A stretch of 19,011 bases of DNA from Thermoplasmatota archaeon (lineage in GTDB: Archaea > Thermoplasmatota > Penumbrarchaeia > Penumbrarchaeales > Penumbrarchaeaceae). Positions within the stretch are counted from its first letter, which is position 1. Each line of letters begins with the position of its first letter. The stretch covers positions 1-19,011 of the forward strand of contig CBDDUX010000114.1 in NCBI GenBank assembly GCA_965234725.1, written 5' to 3'. Of this stretch, positions 17,209 to 19,011 are shown in pieces. The position numbers and the translations under genes were made by a program. The notes under the pieces were generated by a model. That model saw only the letters and a list, made by a program, of their open reading frames with translations. It was not told where the DNA came from and made no database searches.

Positions 17209-17727
17209 ATGAGCGATGTTGTGAAGAGAACGATCAGACCCTTCAGGGCCCTGAAATACCTTACAAGGAAGCCCCATACCATCAGGATCCCCCATGAACT
17301 GCATAATGATATCGAGGGGGACCCACTACCTTCTGAGAGGTACAGAGGCATCCATGTCAATAACTGGGAAGATTGCATAAGCTGCGGTCTCTGTGCAATG
17401 GTATGTCCCTGTGATGCCATAGAAATGGTTGATGTTCAGGGAGAAAAGAAGCAGAGGCCAGAGGTATCCTACGGAAGATGCTGCTTCTGCGGATTCTGTG
17501 AGGATGTATGTCCCAAGAAATCTATGCACCTGACATCGAATCATACGATGCTTGACACCGATGAACGGAAGTTCATTTTCCTTCCAACAGCTAATCTCAG
17601 GGAATTCGAGTTCGAATACATGGTCGATGCAAGGACCCTCTGTCAGATAAAAAGGAAGGATGGAAAAAACATCATCGTGCAGGGCGAGTCATATCCTGTG
17701 AAGAAGGATGGCCAGGACCGATCCTGA
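17209..17727 (+). CDS. mbxN: Mbx/Mbs subunit N (NuoI-like 2x[4Fe-4S])
   Basis: RYRGIH, CISCGLCAMVCP and CCFCGFCEDVCP. Confidence 0.93.
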   Translation: MSDVVKRTIRPFRALKYLTRKPHTIRIPHELHNDIEGDPLPSERYRGIHVNNWEDCISCGLCAMVCPCDAIEMVDVQGEKKQRPEVSYGRCCFCGFCEDVCPKKSMHLTSNHTMLDTDERKFIFLPTANLREFEFEYMVDARTLCQIKRKDGKNIIVQGESYPVKKDGQDRS

Positions 17728-17834
17728 ACCAGAATTTCTTTGATGATCCTTTTAATAATTGGAATCAGAACCAACATGGGAAAAAGATAGATAATACTAT
17801 CACAATGAAACGGAAGAAGTAGCCGGATAGGATC

Positions 17835-18668
17835 ATGGAGAGTTCACTGATGGATCTGTACGAGTGGTTCAAAGGTCTAAGCCCCATCATCCAGGCTCTC
17901 TTTGCAACCCTGTTTACATGGGGTGTCACCGCCCTGGGAGCTTCAGCAGTGATATTCTTCAAGAAACCATCCAGGAAGCTCCTGGATGCAATGTTGGGTT
18001 TCGCAGGAGGGGTAATGATTGCTGCCAGTTTCTGGTCGCTTTTGGCACCTTCCATAGAAATGGCCAGTGAAGGTCCTCTTCCAAAATATATTCCCCCCGC
18101 GATCGGTTTTGCTCTGGGTGGCATATCCCTCTGGGGCATGGACAAGATATTACCCCATATTCACCCGAGTTTGAAGGACACTGAAGCGGAAGGGGTCAAG
18201 ACATCATGGCGTCGTTCGACCCTCCTGGTTCTCGCGATCACCCTCCATAATATTCCGGAGGGCCTTGCCGTGGGAGTTGCTTTTGGTGCTCTATCTTCAA
18301 ATATTGGTGGAGCTACCCTGGGTGGGGCCTTGGCCCTCGCTTTGGGGATAGGTATCCAGAACTTCCCCGAAGGTTTTTCGGTATCGGTTCCTCTCAGAAG
18401 GGAAGGTCTGTCAAGAGGAAAGGCATTTTGGTACGGCCAGCTTTCCGGAATTGTTGAACCTGTTGCTGGTGTAACCGGTGCTGTATTGGTTTTAGTAATG
18501 AAACCCCTGCTTCCATATGCTCTTGCGTTCGCCGCGGGAGCAATGGTTTTTGTTGTTGCGGAGGAAGTCATCCCTGAATCCCAGAGAGAGGGGAACCGGG
18601 ACCTTTCCACTATGGCGTTGATGGCAGGTTTCATAGTAATGATGGTCCTGGATGTCGCACTTGGTTAA
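17835..18668 (+). CDS. ZIP family (ZupT/GufA-like) divalent metal transporter
   Basis: GFAAG-like [57 protein letters not shown]. Confidence 0.95.
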   Translation: MESSLMDLYEWFKGLSPIIQALFATLFTWGVTALGASAVIFFKKPSRKLLDAMLGFAGGVMIAASFWSLLAPSIEMASEGPLPKYIPPAIGFALGGISLWGMDKILPHIHPSLKDTEAEGVKTSWRRSTLLVLAITLHNIPEGLAVGVAFGALSSNIGGATLGGALALALGIGIQNFPEGFSVSVPLRREGLSRGKAFWYGQLSGIVEPVAGVTGAVLVLVMKPLLPYALAFAAGAMVFVVAEEVIPESQREGNRDLSTMALMAGFIVMMVLDVALG

Positions 18669-18675
18669 ATCTAAA

Positions 18676-18963
18676 TTAGAAATGGTGGGTCTGTCCGGAC
18701 ATCCGTAAAAAAGTAATTAAATGCTAATTATTATCGCTTTTTTACTTGCCAATTATTTTGGTATGATTTTAACGGTCGGTCCCATTTTCTGCAATTATAT
18801 TATGATAAAAATCGAAAATGGGCCCGCCCGGACATCGCCAAAAAAAATAATGTGTTTTAAATTGGAATCGTTTTTGTGTCTGTCAATTATTGTAATATAC
18901 TTATAACGTCCAGACCCACCATTTGAATTTGAAAAGAATTTAGAAATGGTGGGCCTGCCCGGG
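18676..18963. repeat. Degenerate tandem array (~130-135 bp period) with inverted arms resembling tRNA 3' ends
   Basis: Forward arms at 18680 (AAATGGTGGGTCTGTCCGG), 18814 (GAAAATGGGCCCGCCCGG) and 18944 (AAATGGTGGGCCTGCCCGG). Reverse arms at 18773-18789 and 18911-18924. The interiors of units 1 and 2 align. Confidence 0.8.
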
Positions 18964-19011
18964 TCTTAACCAATCTTGGTTTGGGTCCTGTGTTTTTTTA
19001 AGGGTCCTTTA

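Noticed and set aside
16716..17420. 234-aa antisense ORF and other short overlapping ORFs
   Set aside because: They are shadows of well-supported genes and have no recognisable motifs.
18721..18906. 61-aa ORF
   Set aside because: It lies within the repeat array, has no SD and shows low-complexity AT-driven composition.
18819..18917. Intact tRNA gene
   Set aside because: An acceptor-like stem can form, but there are no D, anticodon or T arms.

Overview
Archaeal DNA, based on an archaeal-type ProRS, the aIF-1A-rio1 pair, and TATA/BRE and GGAGG/GGTGA motifs. A Thermoplasmatota-like source is only an inference. The window has three parts. (1) An AT-rich block (1 to about 3570) carries two minus-strand surface-protein genes (beta-helix/NosD-like; double LamG) and a ~1.25 kb ORF-free stretch. 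That stretch holds a highly ordered array of covarying hairpins: four ~135-bp three-hairpin modules with fixed stem geometry, single bulged bases and 22-23 nt loops sharing a CGTCAA motif. One module is nested in the loop of another. This is the best candidate for an undescribed structured RNA or ssDNA system. (2) A more GC-rich housekeeping block contains a candidate C/D-box sRNA, proS, a small Zn-ribbon gene, rio1, aIF-1A, a class I aminotransferase, a complete 13-gene Mbx/Mbs (sulfane reductase-type, non-hydrogenase) operon and a ZIP transporter. (3) A second degenerate ~130-bp-period inverted-repeat array lies at the right edge, and its arms resemble tRNA 3' ends.
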